This document shows, piece by piece, positions 61,815 to 64,000 of a stretch of DNA of 64,000 nt (position 1 is the stretch's first letter; the number at the start of each line of letters is the position of its first letter). Location of the stretch: assembly GCF_026626685.1 (NCBI RefSeq), contig NZ_JAPNJX010000001.1, forward strand, positions 332,752 through 396,751. Reading direction: 5' to 3'. A program made the position numbers and the translations under genes. The stretch comes from Nannocystis sp. SCPEA4. Lineage in GTDB: Bacteria > Myxococcota_A > Polyangia > Nannocystales > Nannocystaceae. Under the pieces are notes generated by a model. The model did not search any database, was not told where the DNA came from, and saw only the letters and a list, made by a program, of their open reading frames with translations.

Positions 61815-63209
61815 GTGACAGCCGCCACCCCGCGCGGACCGTCCACATCAGCCCGCCGGCGGTCCGCGTCAGGCGTCCAGGCGGCTGTGCTACACCTCCA
61901 CGCCGTGTCGACCGAGCGTGATGACGACGGCCTGATGTTGCCGCCCCAGGACGAGCGTCGCACCCTGCTCGACCAGCTCGTCGCGCTCGTCAAGGCGCGC
62001 GGTCCGGCGCCGCTGCTCGTCGCGCCGCTGCTCGAGCCGAACCCGCGCTTCTTCCCCGATCGCTGGCAGGCCGGCGACGGCAGCCTGCGCCGGCTCGTGC
62101 GGCGCCTGCTCGGCTACGCCGGCCTGGGTCAGCTGCGCGTCGAGGTCGCCATCTACGACGCCGACCCGGCGCGACGCGGCGAGGTCCTCGGCAAGCCCAG
62201 CTCCACGCGCGGCCAGGACCTCGTCGTCTGGCTCGCCGGCATCGAGCGCGACCTCGTCAAGATCGGCGCCGAGGGTTCGGCCATGGTCGACCCGCACACC
62301 ATCGTCGCCGCCGCCGCCCGCGTGGTCGCCCACGTCTACCGCCGACACTTCGGCCTCACCACCGGCGACGCCTTCGATCCGCGCATCGACCTCACCGGCG
62401 TCTACCTCGGCTTCGGCGTCCTCACGGCCGACGCCGCCCTGCGCTACACCGTCCGCACCGCCGCCGGCCCGATGCAGACCCGGCGCACCCCCTCGCGGCT
62501 CGGCGTCCTCTCGCCGCAGTCGCTGTGCTTTCTCCTGGCCGCGCAGCTGCACGCGCGCGCCCTCCCGCGGGCCGAGCGGCAGCGGATCGGCAAGCTCCTC
62601 CAGGCCAACCAGGCCGCCTTTCTGCGCCACGCCTACGCCGCCCTCGACCGCGCCGAGCCGCCGGTCGCCCAGCAGCTCGGCGTCCCGCCGCAGGAGCAGT
62701 GGCCACCCGCGCTCGACCTCGCCGCGCTCACCGTCCCGTTCACCGACGACCCCGATGCTGTCCCCGAGGCCAGGCGCGACGAGGACCCCGGCATCGCCGG
62801 CATCAACGCCGGCAAGCCCGTGTTCCGCGTCGAGCGCAGCATGGCCGCGCGCCTCGGTCGCACCCTCGGCATGGGCGCGCTCATGCTCGGCGGCGTGGTA
62901 GCCGGCATGAAGGGCGGCCTCCAGCTCGACGCCGGCACGATCCCCATGATCGCCCTCGGCCTCGGCGTCACTGGCCTCGTCCTCGGCCGCTTCCTCCGCG
63001 AGTCGCGCTGCTCCGAGCCGCGCTGCGGCGCCCCGCTGGCCCCCGGCGACCGCGTCTGCCCGCGCTGCCGCGGCGAGGTCGTCGGCGTCATCCACCACCC
63101 GCGCGAGCGCCTCGCCGCCGAGGAGGCCTGGCGCCGCGCCCACCCCGAGGCCGGCGAGCCCGACCCATCCGAGTCGACCCCGGCCGCCGCCGCGCCGCCT
63201 GTCTCTTGA
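61815..63209 (+). CDS. hypothetical protein with two C-terminal transmembrane helices and a CxxC...CxxC zinc ribbon
   Basis: GTG start. Transmembrane helices GMGALMLGGVVAGM and IPMIALGLGVTGLVLGRFL, then CSEPRCG...CPRCRG. Confidence 0.5.
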   Translation: MTAATPRGPSTSARRRSASGVQAAVLHLHAVSTERDDDGLMLPPQDERRTLLDQLVALVKARGPAPLLVAPLLEPNPRFFPDRWQAGDGSLRRLVRRLLGYAGLGQLRVEVAIYDADPARRGEVLGKPSSTRGQDLVVWLAGIERDLVKIGAEGSAMVDPHTIVAAAARVVAHVYRRHFGLTTGDAFDPRIDLTGVYLGFGVLTADAALRYTVRTAAGPMQTRRTPSRLGVLSPQSLCFLLAAQLHARALPRAERQRIGKLLQANQAAFLRHAYAALDRAEPPVAQQLGVPPQEQWPPALDLAALTVPFTDDPDAVPEARRDEDPGIAGINAGKPVFRVERSMAARLGRTLGMGALMLGGVVAGMKGGLQLDAGTIPMIALGLGVTGLVLGRFLRESRCSEPRCGAPLAPGDRVCPRCRGEVVGVIHHPRERLAAEEAWRRAHPEAGEPDPSESTPAAAAPPVS

Positions 63210-63300
63210 GGCAGACCCGAGGCTGGTCCTCGTATGTCTCTCATCTCATGTCCATTGCGACATGCTCGTTCGAACATGCCCTATCGCGCATGTTCGAAGG
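63199..63300. repeat. CATG-palindrome array between convergent genes, including a perfect 10-bp inverted repeat TCGAACATGC(n8)GCATGTTCGA (63270-63297)
   Basis: Seen directly. Other units in the same array are CATGTCC and GACATGCTCG. Confidence 0.6.
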
Positions 63301-63301
63301 C

Positions 63302-64000
63302 TCACGCCCGCACCACCCGCCGCACCACCCGCCGCGCCTCTTCGGGCCTGAGGAACGCCAGGTAGCTGGCCAGCGTCAGCGGCGTGAACCACTCGACGTA
63401 CATCATCAGCTGGATGCCGACGTGCATCGCCACGCCGAAGCCGAGGAACAGCCAGCGGAGGTCGGGGATCCGCCGCCAGCGCTCGCGCAGCCAGTGGGCC
63501 GCGACGAACCCGGAGAACGCCACCTCCCACACCAGCACCAGCCACGTGATCGGCCGCAGCACGAACGGCTGCAGCGACGCCAGCGCGCGCGTCAGGTCGA
63601 AGTGGCGGTTGTAGGGGCTGACCAGCGAGAAGTAGATCGCCGTCCCCTCGGACTTCCAGGTCGCCCCGTGCTTGGCCAGTCCCGTCGTCGTGTAGAGCAC
63701 TGCCAGCTGCAGCTGCACGATCCGGCGGCACCACACCGGCACCGGCCCGCCCTTGCCGCGCCAGCGCGCGTCGAGGCTGAGCCCGCGGCCGCTCGGCATC
63801 AGCGCCAGCCACACGATCATCGCCGTGTGCAGCTGGTCGGGCATCGCATAGAGGAGCGGGTTGCGGCCGACCAGGCTGACCCACACCAGCGCGCTCACCA
63901 GCGCCGCCGGCCGCGTGAACAGCCCGACCAGCCACAGCACGTGCGCCACCACCCCGGCGGCGAAGATCGCCTGCACCGCCAGCGGGTCGTCGATCGAGAA
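63302..64000 (-). CDS. HTTM-domain (vitamin-K-dependent gamma-carboxylase-like) membrane protein, 5' end probably beyond window
   Basis: Polytopic membrane protein with W-rich HTTM-like helices. The frame is open to the window edge, and the start shown in the ORF track (63976) is a GTG. Confidence 0.55.
   Translation of the reverse strand, partial: FSIDDPLAVQAIFAAGVVAHVLWLVGLFTRPAALVSALVWVSLVGRNPLLYAMPDQLHTAMIVWLALMPSGRGLSLDARWRGKGGPVPVWCRRIVQLQLAVLYTTTGLAKHGATWKSEGTAIYFSLVSPYNRHFDLTRALASLQPFVLRPITWLVLVWEVAFSGFVAAHWLRERWRRIPDLRWLFLGFGVAMHVGIQLMMYVEWFTPLTLASYLAFLRPEEARRVVRRVVRA

Noticed and set aside
61198-61848. 216-aa minus-strand ORF spanning the non-coding repeat array
   Set aside because: Gly/Pro/Ala/Trp-rich low-complexity translation of the repeat DNA, partly antisense to the SPKGQP gene. 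No start or RBS context.

Overview
This is a high-GC (about 70%) stretch of chromosome that looks myxobacterial (Myxococcota). That call rests on tandem lipoproteins carrying the Myxococcus-type cysteine-rich repeat (CGNGxxExGEECDDGN...GDGC), FHA-domain regulators, a DUF1592/DUF1552 pair, and many lipobox and twin-arginine signal peptides. I called about 55 genes in the window. 

Most of the window (24.1-50.2 kb) is one long block of housekeeping genes on the minus strand: rimP-nusA-ylxR-infB-rbfA-truB-rpsO-pnp-dut, a pseudokinase-like gene, purC, a DUF360 membrane protein, purF, prfB (with its classic CTTTGAC +1 frameshift), lolC-lolE-lolD, bamA, two skp genes and fabZ with an overlapping lipoprotein. 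Other blocks are folP-cdaA-cdaR-glmM (a c-di-AMP operon), lysC, a Bfd-like ferredoxin gene, pdxJ, rarA and comEA. On the plus strand sit an FAD-oxidoreductase, the DUF1592/DUF1552 pair, a nitrilase-family gene, an ECF sigma factor, a short upstream ORF, a DUF1109 anti-sigma candidate, an LRR-like protein, and two secreted proteins with SPKGQP-repeat tails. I found no transposase, integrase, CRISPR array, rRNA or tRNA. 

The most unusual thing I can see directly is a family of short DNA motifs built on CATG and GGACAG/CTGTCC palindromes. They form arrays of GRRCATGYYC-like decamers in every convergent intergenic region. The same motifs also sit inside several coding sequences, where they force AT-ending codons that are otherwise rare here, and in places they carry stop or start codons. 

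Other points worth a second look are listed in the findings: 
- a sigma-54-type activator whose GAFTGA loop appears deleted; 
- tandem paralogous Cys-rich lipoproteins with an unassigned C-terminal domain; 
- a non-coding array of degenerate direct repeats and coding VNTR-like repeats; 
- a lower-GC island closed by a strong intrinsic terminator. 

Many long ORFs in the six-frame track are antisense artefacts of GC-rich coding DNA and are rejected below.
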